From a virus, in IMG/VR virus record IMGVR_UViG_3300020429_000529, positions 198,762 to 262,761 of that record: 64,000 bases of DNA; one strand, given 5' to 3'. Positions 45,854-55,964 of this stretch are shown piece by piece (the first letter of the stretch is position 1; each line of letters opens with the position of its first letter). Position numbers and translations under genes: made by a program. The notes below the pieces were generated by a model that saw nothing but the letters and a program-made list of their open reading frames with translations, did no database searches and was not told the origin of the DNA.

Positions 45854-47212
45854 ATGAAGTTTCGAGCCGCAGTAAAGGATTTCACCGAGGGATTGAACTC
45901 GGCGATTTCTGTCGCAACAAAGGGCGTCGTCAAAGAGCATCCGCTCGCATTCCTGGTGACGCTCGCCGCTGAAGATGATGAGATCATTGCCCTGTCGCAC
46001 GGCGGACGCATGAGCATCCGTTCGTACATCTCTGATCGCCATGGTTGCGATGATCTGAGATACGACTGCGAAGACAAGGGTCATTGCACCGTTCGCGCCT
46101 CTGATCTGAAGGCGACCCTTTCTTCGTTCGATGAGAGCGATGAGATCTGGGTCGAGCTTCGGACCTACGATGAGCCGCAGGACGGCGATGATGGCGATGA
46201 TGGAGACACCGACGCTCCGAACGCTGAGAAAGACTCGGGACGAGAGCTTGTCCTCACGCTCGTCAATGATCCCGAGCAGTTCCAGACCATGCCGACCTAC
46301 CGCGAGACGATAGAGATCCCGCAGTACGTCAACGACATCATGGAGACTAAGAGCGACGATGATGCGCTCCAAGTCCGCAGAGACATCTTTATCAGCGGCG
46401 CGAACAGAGTCTTCTTCGCTCGCGGATTCGAAGACGAGCGAGAAGCGTACAAGTATTGGAAGATCGATGCCCAGCCTGGCGAAGTTCGCTTTGCCGCCGG
46501 AAGCGGTCCTCGTTTTGCCATCCTCGACCTGTCTGGTCATGATCTAACAAAGGGCAAGGATAAGTTCGGCCTTCTGATGCCCAACGATCAGACCCCTGCG
46601 ATTCTCGATATCCTCAACCAGGCGATCGATGAATACATCAACTTCTACCCCGAAGACAAGTACCTCATCATCAAGAGCAACTCGTTCTTGGCCTACATCG
46701 CTCAGTATGACGCTGATGTGACTTGGCCTGATGTCAATATGTTCCTTGATCGTAAGAGCCCCATCAAGCTCACGACGCAGATCAAGAACTGGGCCAATGT
46801 CGTTCGAGGCATCTCCGCGACGTACAACGACGAGATGAAGAAGGCTCATGACATTCACTTTGCAACTCTGAGCATTGACTTCGAGAACTCGGACTTCATT
46901 GAAACGAAGACTGAGGGAGTCATGCGAGCCCGCCGTAAGGTTGGAGTCGATGACATTGAGATCAACGATTCCGCCAAGAGCGATGGCGCTCTGTCGATCA
47001 GTTGCGTTTCGTTCTATCTTGCCGAGGCTGTCAAGAGAGCGGCTGACGATGACCATGTTCAGGTCGAGTTTGAGTCCTCGAAGGCTCCGATTCTCTTCCG
47101 TTACCACGCTGGTTCGAAGGTCGATGAGCGAGATTTCTGGTCCGAACCCGATCAGTCTGGCATCAAGGAGCGATACTCCATCTTCTTCGCTCCCAAGAAG
47201 TCTCGTCGCTGA
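45854..47212 (+). CDS. dnaN: DnaN-like sliding clamp (beta clamp) with an acidic insertion
   Basis: The N-terminal MKFRAAVKDFTEGLNSAISVATKG...LAFLVTLAAEDDEIIALSHGGRMSIRSYI follows the DnaN pattern (MKF...L...L..V..............PIL..V.L.A....L.L.ATD.E.). Its position between the clamp-loader subunits supports the call. Confidence 0.55.
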   Translation: MKFRAAVKDFTEGLNSAISVATKGVVKEHPLAFLVTLAAEDDEIIALSHGGRMSIRSYISDRHGCDDLRYDCEDKGHCTVRASDLKATLSSFDESDEIWVELRTYDEPQDGDDGDDGDTDAPNAEKDSGRELVLTLVNDPEQFQTMPTYRETIEIPQYVNDIMETKSDDDALQVRRDIFISGANRVFFARGFEDEREAYKYWKIDAQPGEVRFAAGSGPRFAILDLSGHDLTKGKDKFGLLMPNDQTPAILDILNQAIDEYINFYPEDKYLIIKSNSFLAYIAQYDADVTWPDVNMFLDRKSPIKLTTQIKNWANVVRGISATYNDEMKKAHDIHFATLSIDFENSDFIETKTEGVMRARRKVGVDDIEINDSAKSDGALSISCVSFYLAEAVKRAADDDHVQVEFESSKAPILFRYHAGSKVDERDFWSEPDQSGIKERYSIFFAPKKSRR

Positions 47213-47238
47213 TTCTCAAGTCCATTGATTGTTCTCCG

Positions 47239-47273
47239 CCCCTGGCCGCTCTATCGGGGCGTCAGGGGTTTTT
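47239..47273 (+). terminator. hairpin followed by a T-tract downstream of the clamp gene
   Basis: CCCCTGGCC ... GGCGTCAGGGG stem followed by TTTTT. It lies immediately before the ATG at 47274. Confidence 0.4.
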
Positions 47274-48443
47274 ATGAGTAGCGACAAGAGTCATATCGCC
47301 TGGATGCACGGTAGCTATCATGCTCGTCGAGCATTGATGAATCGTTTCCGCGAGAAGTTTCAAGGCTGCGAAACGTTCAGTTGCGATAACGATGTGACGT
47401 ATGAGTTCCTTGCGGTTGAACTGCAAGAGACCGGCTGCTTCGCTGAGCAGAAGCTCGTCATTATCAATGCAATGCCAAAGTTCAAGAACTCGAACAAGGC
47501 AACGCACATCAAGAAGTTCAAGGAAGTCCTCGAAGGTCTTGATGACAATATCTTCGTGATCTTCAATGGTATCGATCCAAAGAAAGAGAAATCTCTCTTC
47601 GATCATGTCAAGAAGCTCGGAGGCAAGGTCTATGAGTTTCCCGACACCCTCGACAAGAATGCTGCGCCGAAATGGGTTAAGGATCAGCTTGAGAAGAGGG
47701 GCTACAAGATTGACTTCGAGGTTGCAGAAGCCATCGTCGAAACATGCGGGCACGATGCCGCCGTCAATGGCATTGGAGCAGACCAGCTTGAGATGGTCAT
47801 TCAGAAGCTTGCTGCATACCAGGGTGGACGCAAGCAGATCACTCTTGAATCTGTAGAAGCGACTGCATCATCGGTTGAGAACTTCATCATCTGGGATCTG
47901 CTGAATGCGATTGATGCCAAGGACTACGAACGCTGTATCAATATGATCTCGAAGGCATATCTGGTAGACAACAACGTTCCTGTTGCGGTCAGCCAGATGC
48001 TCTCTACGTTGTATTGGAAGTTCCGTCTTCTATGGCTGCTCAAAGACAGAGCCGCAAATGAGGATATGACCGCTGCTGCCAAGACTGCTTTGCAGATGCC
48101 GAAGCTCAAGGGCTCGGGATCCGGCTATTCTCGCAAGATGGAAAAGCAGATCAACCAAAGCGGCGATAACGCCGGACAGCCTGCTCAGCAATGGAGCAAG
48201 TTTGTGGTCCAGCAGGCTATCGAAGGAGCCTATGGTCGGCAGCCTTCATTGTCTCTCTACAACAGAAGAGATCTGTATCGCATTGTGAGGTCTCTGCAGA
48301 CGGCGTTGATATGTCTTCGTTCAATCTCGTCTGAGAGCGAAGCATTGCTTATTGCCGATACAGTCTTTATGACGGCTTGCAACACAGCAGAAGATCAGCA
48401 AATCAGGTCGATCATGAGAACGTTTGAAGAGGCAACAGTATGA
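47274..48443 (+). CDS. holA: clamp loader delta subunit (HolA-like)
   Basis: The layout and the motif pattern KLVIINAMPKF...KEVLEGLDDNIFVIFNGID...KLGGKVYEFP...WVKDQLEKRGYKIDFEVAEAIVETCGHD resemble DNA pol III delta. The ORF track starts at 47229. Confidence 0.5.
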   Translation: MSSDKSHIAWMHGSYHARRALMNRFREKFQGCETFSCDNDVTYEFLAVELQETGCFAEQKLVIINAMPKFKNSNKATHIKKFKEVLEGLDDNIFVIFNGIDPKKEKSLFDHVKKLGGKVYEFPDTLDKNAAPKWVKDQLEKRGYKIDFEVAEAIVETCGHDAAVNGIGADQLEMVIQKLAAYQGGRKQITLESVEATASSVENFIIWDLLNAIDAKDYERCINMISKAYLVDNNVPVAVSQMLSTLYWKFRLLWLLKDRAANEDMTAAAKTALQMPKLKGSGSGYSRKMEKQINQSGDNAGQPAQQWSKFVVQQAIEGAYGRQPSLSLYNRRDLYRIVRSLQTALICLRSISSESEALLIADTVFMTACNTAEDQQIRSIMRTFEEATV

Positions 48444-48703
48444 TGCATAAGATTGGAGCAGCTAACAGCGTTGCGGATAAGGGCATGGACCTGATCTCGA
48501 AGATTTCTTCGATCTCCGAAACCCTTCGCCAGTTGGCTGTAGAAACAGAGCAAGAGAATCTCGATCAGATCGCAAAGCAAGCGGGCAAGCTTGAATCCTC
48601 ATACGAGGAATACAAGGCATCGTTGCTTTCGGCTATTCAAGAGATAGCTCACGATTCTGATGAGTTTTCTGGCATTCAAGAGAACGATGGCGTTCGTTTG
48701 TAG
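48440..48703 (+). CDS. hypothetical protein
   Basis: 87-aa ORF. Confidence 0.3.
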   Translation: MMHKIGAANSVADKGMDLISKISSISETLRQLAVETEQENLDQIAKQAGKLESSYEEYKASLLSAIQEIAHDSDEFSGIQENDGVRL

Positions 48704-48712
48704 GAGAAACGC

Positions 48713-49045
48713 TTGTCTAAGAATATCGACAGACCCGATGATGGTCTTCCTCCGATGGATGATAGCGGCATCAACAACGATCATATCCTTGACTTGTGCG
48801 ATTTCATCATCACTAAGTCCTGGGAAAAGTACGTCCATAATCAGAACCGTCCGACCGCTGAAGAGCTTTCGATCCGGGATCTGAGGGATCTTGCTTACAC
48901 GATCGGGGCGGTATGGGGCCTTGTCCAAGACATCATCGATCTTGACTCTCGTTTGAGAGAGATGGGCGGGCCGCCTGATATGGATGGGCCTGCTGGTCCT
49001 CCCGGCGGACCAACTTTCGGACCATATGAAGACGAGGATGACTGA
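48713..49045 (+). CDS. hypothetical protein with a Pro/Gly-rich acidic C-terminus
   Basis: 110-aa ORF. Its C-terminus is GGPPDMDGPAGPPGGPTFGPYEDEDD. Confidence 0.3.
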   Translation: MSKNIDRPDDGLPPMDDSGINNDHILDLCDFIITKSWEKYVHNQNRPTAEELSIRDLRDLAYTIGAVWGLVQDIIDLDSRLREMGGPPDMDGPAGPPGGPTFGPYEDEDD

Positions 49046-49242
49046 TGGCAAAGGAAATTGAGTTTCGCATTGGACCTGACGGCAAGATTGACATGGAGCT
49101 AATCGGCTTTCATGGCGATGGTTGCGCCGAAGAAGCCCGTAAGCATGTTGAAAGACTTGGCGAGAGCGTTCATAGCGAGCAGAAGGCTGAGTTTTACGAT
49201 ACCTGCGATACCGATGAGGATCAAGAGCAGTACGGATCGTAA
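49045..49242 (+). CDS. DUF2997-like small protein
   Basis: MAKEIEFRIGPDGKIDMELIGFHGDGCAEEARKHVERLGE matches the pattern I recall for DUF2997 (M..IEF.I.PDGKV..EV.G..G..C...T..LE..LG). Confidence 0.4.
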   Translation: MAKEIEFRIGPDGKIDMELIGFHGDGCAEEARKHVERLGESVHSEQKAEFYDTCDTDEDQEQYGS

Positions 49243-50382
49243 ATGCCTGATTACTACAAGACACTTGGGGTTGATCGCAAGGCCAGCGATGATGAGATCA
49301 AGCGAGCTTATCGCAAGCTTGCTATGAAGTATCATCCTGATCGCAATCCTGATGATGCCGCAGCCGAGAAGAAGTTCAAGGAAGCCGCGGAAGCCTATGA
49401 AGTGCTATCGGATTCCAACAAGAAGCAGCAGTACGACAGATTTGGTACTGTAGGAGGTCAGGGCGCTCGCCGTCGTCCGACCCGTTCGCCGATGGACGAC
49501 ATGTTTGATTTCGGCTTTGGCGGCATGGGAGGTAGAGGGCGTTCCCAAGACCCTTTCGGATCAGTAGACCCGAAAGACATTCCGGGTCTCGATCAGCAGT
49601 CCGTAGCGAATGTGACTCTCGAAGAAGCATTCGAGGGTTGCACAAAGACATGTACCGCTCGTTGGAACGACAAGTGTTCCGATTGCGAAGGCAAGGGCCT
49701 GAAAAAGGATGCCCAATCAACAACGTGCCCTGACTGCAATGGCAGAGGCTTCTTCGTCAAGAGCTTCAGCAAAGGCTCTCAATCTGTTCAGGTGCAGCAA
49801 TCGTGCCCGACTTGCCGAGGCGCGGGAACTTTTGTGAGACCGACCGATCGTTGCAATAAGTGCAAGGGCGAAGGTATGGTCTCCTCTTCGAAGAGTATCG
49901 AGGTCAAGATTCCTTCTGGCGTACTGTCGGGCACTTCTCTCCGTATGAAGAATCAGGGCTTGCTTCGACATGCCGAGGGGCATCGAGGCGATTTGTACGT
50001 TGTTGTGAATGTTTTGCGCCATGAAATCTTCGAGGTCAACAATCGACGAGATGTGAGGCTCCTGTATCCTCTCAGTCCGTCTCAGGCGATCTTTGGGGAT
50101 GAGATCAAGGTTCCGACCCTCAGGGGCGATGAAAGCGTCACAGTCGCTCCTGGGACGCAGCACGGACAGATCCATGCAATACCAAGAGCGGGCATACCTC
50201 ACATTCGGGGCGGCGGCGCTGGTGACATGCTGGTTCAGTACGAAATAGAAATGCCAAAAGTTGAAAACGCCGATAGTAGATCTGTGCCACTGACGGATTT
50301 GGAGAGCAAAGAATCTCTACCAGGCACTTACCTGAAAAAACGTAAGATTGAGAGCTACTTACAGGAGAATTCAAATGAGTGA
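49243..50382 (+). CDS. dnaJ: DnaJ (Hsp40) co-chaperone
   Basis: J-domain ([33 protein letters not shown]), a G/F-rich linker, four CxxCxGxG repeats and a C-terminal substrate domain. Confidence 0.85.
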   Translation: MPDYYKTLGVDRKASDDEIKRAYRKLAMKYHPDRNPDDAAAEKKFKEAAEAYEVLSDSNKKQQYDRFGTVGGQGARRRPTRSPMDDMFDFGFGGMGGRGRSQDPFGSVDPKDIPGLDQQSVANVTLEEAFEGCTKTCTARWNDKCSDCEGKGLKKDAQSTTCPDCNGRGFFVKSFSKGSQSVQVQQSCPTCRGAGTFVRPTDRCNKCKGEGMVSSSKSIEVKIPSGVLSGTSLRMKNQGLLRHAEGHRGDLYVVVNVLRHEIFEVNNRRDVRLLYPLSPSQAIFGDEIKVPTLRGDESVTVAPGTQHGQIHAIPRAGIPHIRGGGAGDMLVQYEIEMPKVENADSRSVPLTDLESKESLPGTYLKKRKIESYLQENSNE

Positions 50383-50713
50383 CTCACAGAAGAAGGAAAC
50401 CGCCCGAGGCATGGAGGCGGTCGTAAGGAACGCAAGCGTCATGAATCGTTCCGCTATCTCAAAGGTCCACTTCAAGGAAGGCGACCGAATCATCATCAGC
50501 AACCAGGACTATGCAGCCCAAGAGCTTCGGATCGTCGATGTTCAGCGTTCAGGCGGAGACGTTCATGTTCGTTTGCAGGGCGGAAGCGTAGACATGGTTA
50601 CTGAGATGTCTTGGCTTCAGAGAGAGTACGCAACCGGCAAGGTTGCTCGTCTTGACGAGAATGGCGAGATCATCAAGGATGACGAGAAGCTTAGCGATGG
50701 AACTGGCGCTTGA
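50348..50713 (+). CDS. hypothetical protein
   Basis: 121-aa ORF. Confidence 0.3.
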   Translation: MRATYRRIQMSDSQKKETARGMEAVVRNASVMNRSAISKVHFKEGDRIIISNQDYAAQELRIVDVQRSGGDVHVRLQGGSVDMVTEMSWLQREYATGKVARLDENGEIIKDDEKLSDGTGA

Positions 50714-50896
50714 TATCATGCCTGATGGATCTATTCGGTTCTGCCGATGCGATCCAGAGACCAACGAACGTTTGTTCGAGGTCTTAAGCAGGTTGGCTCC
50801 CGAGAAGTCAGTCGAGGTTCGAGAGTTCCTCGACTGCTCTCGGGATGTCAAACGTCTCTTTGGAGACGAGCCGCTATGCGGATAGGAGATTACGCA

Positions 50897-51243
50897 TGAA
50901 GATGACAAGACCAGATTTCATGGATCATACTTATAGAAACATTGATATCTATGTCATCGATCTTGATCCTGAACAGTTTCAAGGGCTTGTAGGGTTGAAG
51001 AATTCCTCAACCGAAGAAGATGTCTTGTTACCATTTTGGCGACTTGAACAAATCACAGATGAATCTCATCGGAGCGTTGAGTTTCAAATCAAAGCATGCA
51101 TAGATGCATCGCATGAGGAAAAAGAAAATCAACATACCTCATGCTACTTATTGTATCGAGGCGATGAGTTAGCCATGTGCATGACGGGTTCATTTTTTGA
51201 TTTGCTAATGTTCTCGTCTTACGAGAAGCTTGAACTGGACTAA
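50897..51243 (+). CDS. hypothetical protein
   Basis: The ORF track starts at 50845; the ATG at 50897 (MKMTRPDF) is more likely. Confidence 0.3.
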
Positions 51244-51349
51244 AGTTTTCCAGGTCTTTTGACCGATAAGCCACAATGACATACTTCACGCTATGACGTT
51301 TGCTCAGAGTAAGTGCCTGGCAAGGGTTAGTAGTAAAAGGAGAATGAAT

Positions 51350-51811
51350 ATGGCTAAGAAGCGCACTGCGCGGAAGGCAAGCTCTACAAAGAAGGGGGCT
51401 TGTACGGAAGCAAAGGAGGGCGGGATCTCCCTGATGGTCCGCCCTGACAAACTGCCCGAGCATATCTATGTGCTAAGGGGCGGAACCAGGACCAAAGTCA
51501 ACGTTAATCCGATACCGAAAGAGTTTTTCGAAGTTGATGATAGCAACTTCGGAACTTGCGGTCATAAGAACATCCATTTGGGCGGAAGTTCTGTGGCGGT
51601 CAAGGAACATCTCCGCTTTCGACACATTGACTTTGAAAAGCTTGCCCAAAACCTCAAAGAGAAGAACGACGCCCGAATCGCTGAAGCCGAAGAGAAACTT
51701 CGCGCGGAGAGAGACAAGGGGAACTACTGGACGATCCGCAAGCCGAAACTTTGGCTTCGCTTGGAGAAGACGGTGGTATACTCAAAGATTCGGAGGCTTT
51801 TTAGACGATAA
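51350..51811 (+). CDS. hypothetical protein with a basic N-terminal tail
   Basis: AAAGGAGA ribosome-binding site before the ATG at 51350. The N-terminus MAKKRTARKASSTKKG is Lys/Arg-rich. Confidence 0.4.
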   Translation: MAKKRTARKASSTKKGACTEAKEGGISLMVRPDKLPEHIYVLRGGTRTKVNVNPIPKEFFEVDDSNFGTCGHKNIHLGGSSVAVKEHLRFRHIDFEKLAQNLKEKNDARIAEAEEKLRAERDKGNYWTIRKPKLWLRLEKTVVYSKIRRLFRR

Positions 51812-51839
51812 GTAGCCAGACACCAAAGGAGATTTCTCT

Positions 51840-52772
51840 ATGCGAGTTCTGGTTACTGGCGGTTGTGGTTTCATCGGGACAAACCTTGTCATTCGATGTT
51901 TCAATGAGGGATGGAAAACTGACGTAGTTGACAACAGCTACGAACATGTTCAACGAGCAACCGAATGCCTACCGTCTGTGAGAATTCTCAATACCGACTT
52001 TGCAAGCGAAGAAGTTCTTGATGCCATACATCACGAGCATTATGACGTAATCTTTCACCAAGCAGCAGTACCCCGAGTCTCGTACTCGGTCGAAGAACCA
52101 GCATATACAACTGACGAGAACCTGTTTAAGACCGTCAGGCTACTCGAAGCGGCGGCGGGCCACTGCCGTCGCTTTGTTTTCGCATCATCTTCATCAGTCT
52201 ATGGAGACACCGAAAGACTGCCGATCGTCGAAGACGATTTCATCGGTTCGGTCACGAAGTCTCCCTATGCGCTGCAGAAGAAGTCGTCGGAAGAGTTCAT
52301 TCGACTCTTCTGCGATCTCTATGAGATGGATGCTGTTTGTCTCAGGTATTTCAATGTCTTTGGACCGCATCAGTATGGTGACAGTCCGTACTCAACGGCG
52401 CTTAGCAGTTGGTGTCATCGCATCAAGGAAGGTACGCCTCTCCGCAAGGATGGAGACGGAGAGCAGAGCCGAGACCTTTGCTATGTTGACAACGTAGTTG
52501 AGGCCAACATTCTCGCTGCAAAGGCTTCTCGAACTTTCAAGGGCGAGGGAATCAACATTGCTTGCGGCGACCGTACATCGAACAATGAGATCCTGGACGC
52601 TTTTGCTAAGAAGTTCAAGTTCGAGATCGATCAGCAGCCGTTTAGAGTTGGAGATATCATGCATACGCAGGCAGACATCTCGTATGCAAAGGAAATGCTC
52701 GGTTACGAGCCGGTTGTACGCTTCTGGGACGGTTTCGAGAAAACGCTCGATTGGTGGGGACTGAATGACTGA
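51840..52772 (+). CDS. NAD-dependent epimerase/dehydratase (extended SDR, UDP-sugar 4-epimerase / 4,6-dehydratase-like)
   Basis: MRVLVTGGCGFIGTNLV and a YALQK-type YxxxK motif. Confidence 0.7.
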   Translation: MRVLVTGGCGFIGTNLVIRCFNEGWKTDVVDNSYEHVQRATECLPSVRILNTDFASEEVLDAIHHEHYDVIFHQAAVPRVSYSVEEPAYTTDENLFKTVRLLEAAAGHCRRFVFASSSSVYGDTERLPIVEDDFIGSVTKSPYALQKKSSEEFIRLFCDLYEMDAVCLRYFNVFGPHQYGDSPYSTALSSWCHRIKEGTPLRKDGDGEQSRDLCYVDNVVEANILAAKASRTFKGEGINIACGDRTSNNEILDAFAKKFKFEIDQQPFRVGDIMHTQADISYAKEMLGYEPVVRFWDGFEKTLDWWGLND

Positions 52773-53451
52773 CGAGAGCTTGCTACATCAGGTTATCTAT
52801 CAGATTGCGAATACGCCGATGCGCAAGTATCCGTATCCGCATCTCATAACGGACAACGTATTTCCCAGCGATTACTACAAGGAGATGCTGCGTCTCTTCC
52901 CAGAGCAGAAGCTCATGGATTCGCATTCTGCTACATACAAGAAGCGAACCATATTCAAGCTAAGCGATATTGATGATTCGTTGATGAGCGATGAGCAGAA
53001 AACCTTCTGGACGGGTTTTAATTCTGCCCTTGGCGGCGATGAGTTTCGGAACTTCATGCTCGACGTTTGGGGAACATCGTTCAGAGAGACATACTCATTC
53101 CATACCTATTCTCGTATTGAGCTTGCTGAGGATATGCCTGGTTATTCGATTGGGGCTCATAAGGATAGTCACAATAAGATGGTAACTATCTTGTTCTATC
53201 TTGCAGAAGACACCAAAAGAAGGGATCTCGGTACGAACATTCTTGTTCCAAAGGGCGAGATTGCCGAAGGCTTTGGTCACGGAAACAACAAGGAGTTCCA
53301 CCAGGCTTCCATGGTCGAGTTCGTCCCGAATCGAATGTTTGCTTTTGCGCCTAACGATTATACCTACCACTCGGTATCGAAGTTGAAGACCAAGCTGCCT
53401 CGTAAGACAGTTCAGTTCAACATTACTCACAAAGACCTTGGGAAGATCTAA
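52765..53451 (+). CDS. putative 2OG-Fe(II) oxygenase-like protein
   Basis: The N-terminal KYPYPHLITDNVFP resembles the PfPHLVIDNFL start of 2OG oxygenases. HKD (HxD) and a later His are present. Weak call. Confidence 0.35.
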   Translation: MTDESLLHQVIYQIANTPMRKYPYPHLITDNVFPSDYYKEMLRLFPEQKLMDSHSATYKKRTIFKLSDIDDSLMSDEQKTFWTGFNSALGGDEFRNFMLDVWGTSFRETYSFHTYSRIELAEDMPGYSIGAHKDSHNKMVTILFYLAEDTKRRDLGTNILVPKGEIAEGFGHGNNKEFHQASMVEFVPNRMFAFAPNDYTYHSVSKLKTKLPRKTVQFNITHKDLGKI

Positions 53452-54509
53452 CCTTCGATATACCCTTTTCGCATCGGGTTGGGAGGAGCAATAACTGCCC
53501 TCTGCTTGGCGAGTGCTTTTTCCAACTCTGCGATCTTCTCTTCGAGAATGGCAATCGGATCGGGTTCATCGAGATCAGATGGTTCTGGCTGGTCGTTGAC
53601 CATAAACAGTTTGTTCGCGTCGATTAGACCAAATCCAGTTGTCACATCGTGCCCGCCGCCTTCCAGATCGATACATGTCCATTTCAGATGCTCTCTGATC
53701 TGTTCGACGGTATCTACGGGCGTTGATCCGCCATGAAGACGATGCTTAGAGAGCATCAAGGCAATGACGCCCGAAACCCAAGGCGTAGCCATGCTTGTTC
53801 CGCTGTATGACTGGTAGACGTTGCCTCCAATGGTTGAAACGATGTCTACGCCTGGCGCTACAAAGTCGAGACCGATGCCCGTATTACTGAACCACGCTCG
53901 AACGTTGTTGCGATCGATTGCCCCTACTGCGATAGCTTCATTGTAGCGAGCGGGAAACTCGACTTGACCTACATCGCCAGCGTTGCCTGCTGCGCAGACG
54001 ACAGGCACATTCAGGGCATAAGCTCGTTTGATAGCCGCATGGATTTCAGGAGACTCGGTAGGTCCGCCAAGAGACATGTTGATAACATCTGCGTTGTTGG
54101 CGAGAGCCAGGTCGATGCCTCGTGCGATATGATGATCGTATCCCCATCCCTCGTCATGCAGAACCTTGATAGGCATGAGTTTGCATTTTGGGGCAATGCC
54201 TGAAACGCCAAAGCTGTTGTTGTTTGCGGCGATAGTCCCGCAGACGTGCGTTCCATGACCATCGGGATCATTGACATTGTTTGAGTTGTCAACGACATTC
54301 CAGACGTAGGGAGCGAAACGATCTTGCAAGTCGTCGTGCTGAACCCAGCACCCGATGTCAAGGACAGCGACGGTAACGCCTTCTCCTTGAGAGTGCGTCC
54401 ACGCTTCGGGTATGTTGTAGTTTGTGATTTGATATCCGAAGGTTTGGCCGAGCGCTACTCGATCAAACTTCTTCATTCGACGCAAGGATGGCAGATAGCG
54501 TTCGCCCAT
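53448..54509 (-). CDS. subtilisin-like serine protease (S8 family)
   Basis: Catalytic triad motifs VAVLDIG (Asp), HGTHVCGTIAA (His) and GTSMATPWVSG (Ser). Confidence 0.8.
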   Translation of the reverse strand: MGERYLPSLRRMKKFDRVALGQTFGYQITNYNIPEAWTHSQGEGVTVAVLDIGCWVQHDDLQDRFAPYVWNVVDNSNNVNDPDGHGTHVCGTIAANNNSFGVSGIAPKCKLMPIKVLHDEGWGYDHHIARGIDLALANNADVINMSLGGPTESPEIHAAIKRAYALNVPVVCAAGNAGDVGQVEFPARYNEAIAVGAIDRNNVRAWFSNTGIGLDFVAPGVDIVSTIGGNVYQSYSGTSMATPWVSGVIALMLSKHRLHGGSTPVDTVEQIREHLKWTCIDLEGGGHDVTTGFGLIDANKLFMVNDQPEPSDLDEPDPIAILEEKIAELEKALAKQRAVIAPPNPMRKGYIEG

Positions 54510-54558
54510 AGCGATGTTTACTATGGGAGACCAGTCGAATCCTTGGGGCGGATATCAT

Positions 54559-54969
54559 TTACGCAGAGAAACTGGACCCGCAGCCGCAACTACTGGTTGC
54601 GTTGGGGTTATTGAATACGAATCCTCGACCCATGATCTCGTCTCGGAAATCGATCTGAGTGCCATTCAGGTAGAGCAGGCTCTTAGGATCGCAGATGACC
54701 GTGACTCCATGCTGCTCGAACTCCTCGTCGGTGTCCTTTTTGCTCTCAGTCAGGTCAAGGAGATAACTGAATCCAGAGCAGCCTCCGCCACGAACTCCCA
54801 CGCGAAGATAAGCGCCTGTATCAAGCTCTTGCTCTTCCGTGATTTTGCGTATTTCTTTTGCGGCGCTTTCCGTGAGAATCACACCCTCGCTCAAGGACTG
54901 TTCCGCATTCGGGACAGATTGTGTCTCTGGGGTAGAGGTATCCTGATTTTCCGGACCTGTATCGCTCAT
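54559..54969 (-). CDS. iscA: IscA/HesB-family Fe-S cluster assembly protein
   Basis: ILTESAAKEI ... GGGCSGFSY ... CGCGSSF are the three conserved Cys of the IscA signature. The N-terminal extension overlaps the upstream ORF, so the true start may be internal. Confidence 0.75.
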   Translation of the reverse strand: MSDTGPENQDTSTPETQSVPNAEQSLSEGVILTESAAKEIRKITEEQELDTGAYLRVGVRGGGCSGFSYLLDLTESKKDTDEEFEQHGVTVICDPKSLLYLNGTQIDFRDEIMGRGFVFNNPNATSSCGCGSSFSA

Positions 54970-55246
54970 AGTTATCCCTCGTCATTCCTGGGTAGCCCGC
55001 TTGGGCATGCGCTCTTCGCCAAACAAAGAACTCGTCTCCGTTGTCAATGGTATCGACTTGACAGTTGTTGCATGCTCGAACCTTGCCATAACCCTTGTAC
55101 GTTCTGATGCTTGAGCAGTTCGTACAAACAGGTAGTCCGCATACAAAGCAAGAAGCCCGCAGAACGGGCATCTGATCTTCATCGAGATTGGCGGGAGCAT
55201 GGCAGCCTTGATCGCAGACGCAGCACGGTTCTCGTTCAGTCGAAGT
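54821..55246 (-). CDS. Cys-rich putative zinc-finger protein
   Basis: Several CxxC pairs (CCVCDQGC, CFVCGLPVCTNC, CNNCQ, CPECG). The ORF track starts at 55321. The 3' end overlaps the IscA 5' region. Confidence 0.35.
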   Translation of the reverse strand, partial: TSTEREPCCVCDQGCHAPANLDEDQMPVLRASCFVCGLPVCTNCSSIRTYKGYGKVRACNNCQVDTIDNGDEFFVWRRAHAQAGYPGMTRDNYERYRSGKSGYLYPRDTICPECGTVLERGCDSHGKRRKRNTQNHGRARA

Positions 55247-55586
55247 CATCGAAAGGTATCCTTGGCAAATCGTATCCGTCCTCGGGAGCATTGTCGGCAA
55301 GGTCTGCCAGAACATCTCCATGGCAAGGTCTGCCCGGATCCGATGGGATCTTGCACCAACATCCGAGCCGTTTGCCTCTTAGTTCGTGTATCGAATCAAG
55401 AAGCTCGGGCTGTTTCATGATCCACTCTCGGTATTTGGCGATAGCCTCGTCCCGAGTATCAACTTGGAACTTTGCCGTGGTGCCTGATTTGTGAGTGAAT
55501 GGGTTGCCCCATTTTGAGCCGCGACCGATGTAGACATCGTATGCGTCAATCTTGCAGTGAACTACCTGAGTCTTTTGAGTCATCAT
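55236..55586 (-). CDS. DUF4326-family protein
   Basis: MMTQKTQVVHCKIDAYDVYIGRGSKWGNPF...GCWCKIP...CHGDVL matches what I recall of DUF4326. The ORF track extends to 55709. Confidence 0.45.
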   Translation of the reverse strand: MMTQKTQVVHCKIDAYDVYIGRGSKWGNPFTHKSGTTAKFQVDTRDEAIAKYREWIMKQPELLDSIHELRGKRLGCWCKIPSDPGRPCHGDVLADLADNAPEDGYDLPRIPFDDFD

Positions 55587-55964
55587 CTTGCCTTTTCTGG
55601 CAGCAGCAACAGCACGAGCCGTTAGACGGATAGTCTCTGCGGAGACGACGTTCCAGCCATTTCGCTTGCACGAACGTCCTGAGGATGTCCCATATCGCCA
55701 TCCCTGCAAATCCCGCTAATGCTATTCCGAACGGCTCCATAGACAGTCTCCGTTGGACAATCGTCCAAGCAAAGTAGGCTCAAGAAACGACTACACAAAA
55801 CGAACCAACTATTAGGACCGCCTTCGTCCTCGTCCATTCTGCGATCTACCTCCTGAAGAGAAAACGGCTCTTCGTGGATCGTGATACATGATTATTGTAC
55901 CAAGAACCTTCTCACCTTGTAGCCGTTTACGCAAGTTTACCAGCTATCTTGTCGAAAAGATAGT

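Noticed and set aside
44895-45854. Possibility that the endonuclease region is a self-splicing group I intron or an intein
   Set aside because: The upstream sigma ORF ends with its own in-frame stop. The endonuclease has its own ATG and is not in frame with the host gene, so it is not an intein. The downstream duplicate is preceded by an in-frame stop. This fits a free-standing homing endonuclease better. I cannot fully exclude an intron without RNA structure analysis.
45698-46540. 280-aa antisense ORF across the clamp gene
   Set aside because: It is a shadow of the acidic-insert region of the DnaN-like gene and is Arg/Ser/Leu-rich.
48599-49264. 221-aa minus-strand ORF overlapping the two small plus-strand ORFs
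   Set aside because: Its translation is Arg-rich and featureless. The plus-strand alternatives include a DUF2997-like match and follow the genome-wide plus-strand polarity.
55710-55964. Possible tRNA or small RNA in the longest intergenic region
   Set aside because: No cloverleaf-like pattern is visible (no GTTCGA/TTCGAAT T-loop motif, no CCA-proximal acceptor pairing). It more likely holds divergent promoters.
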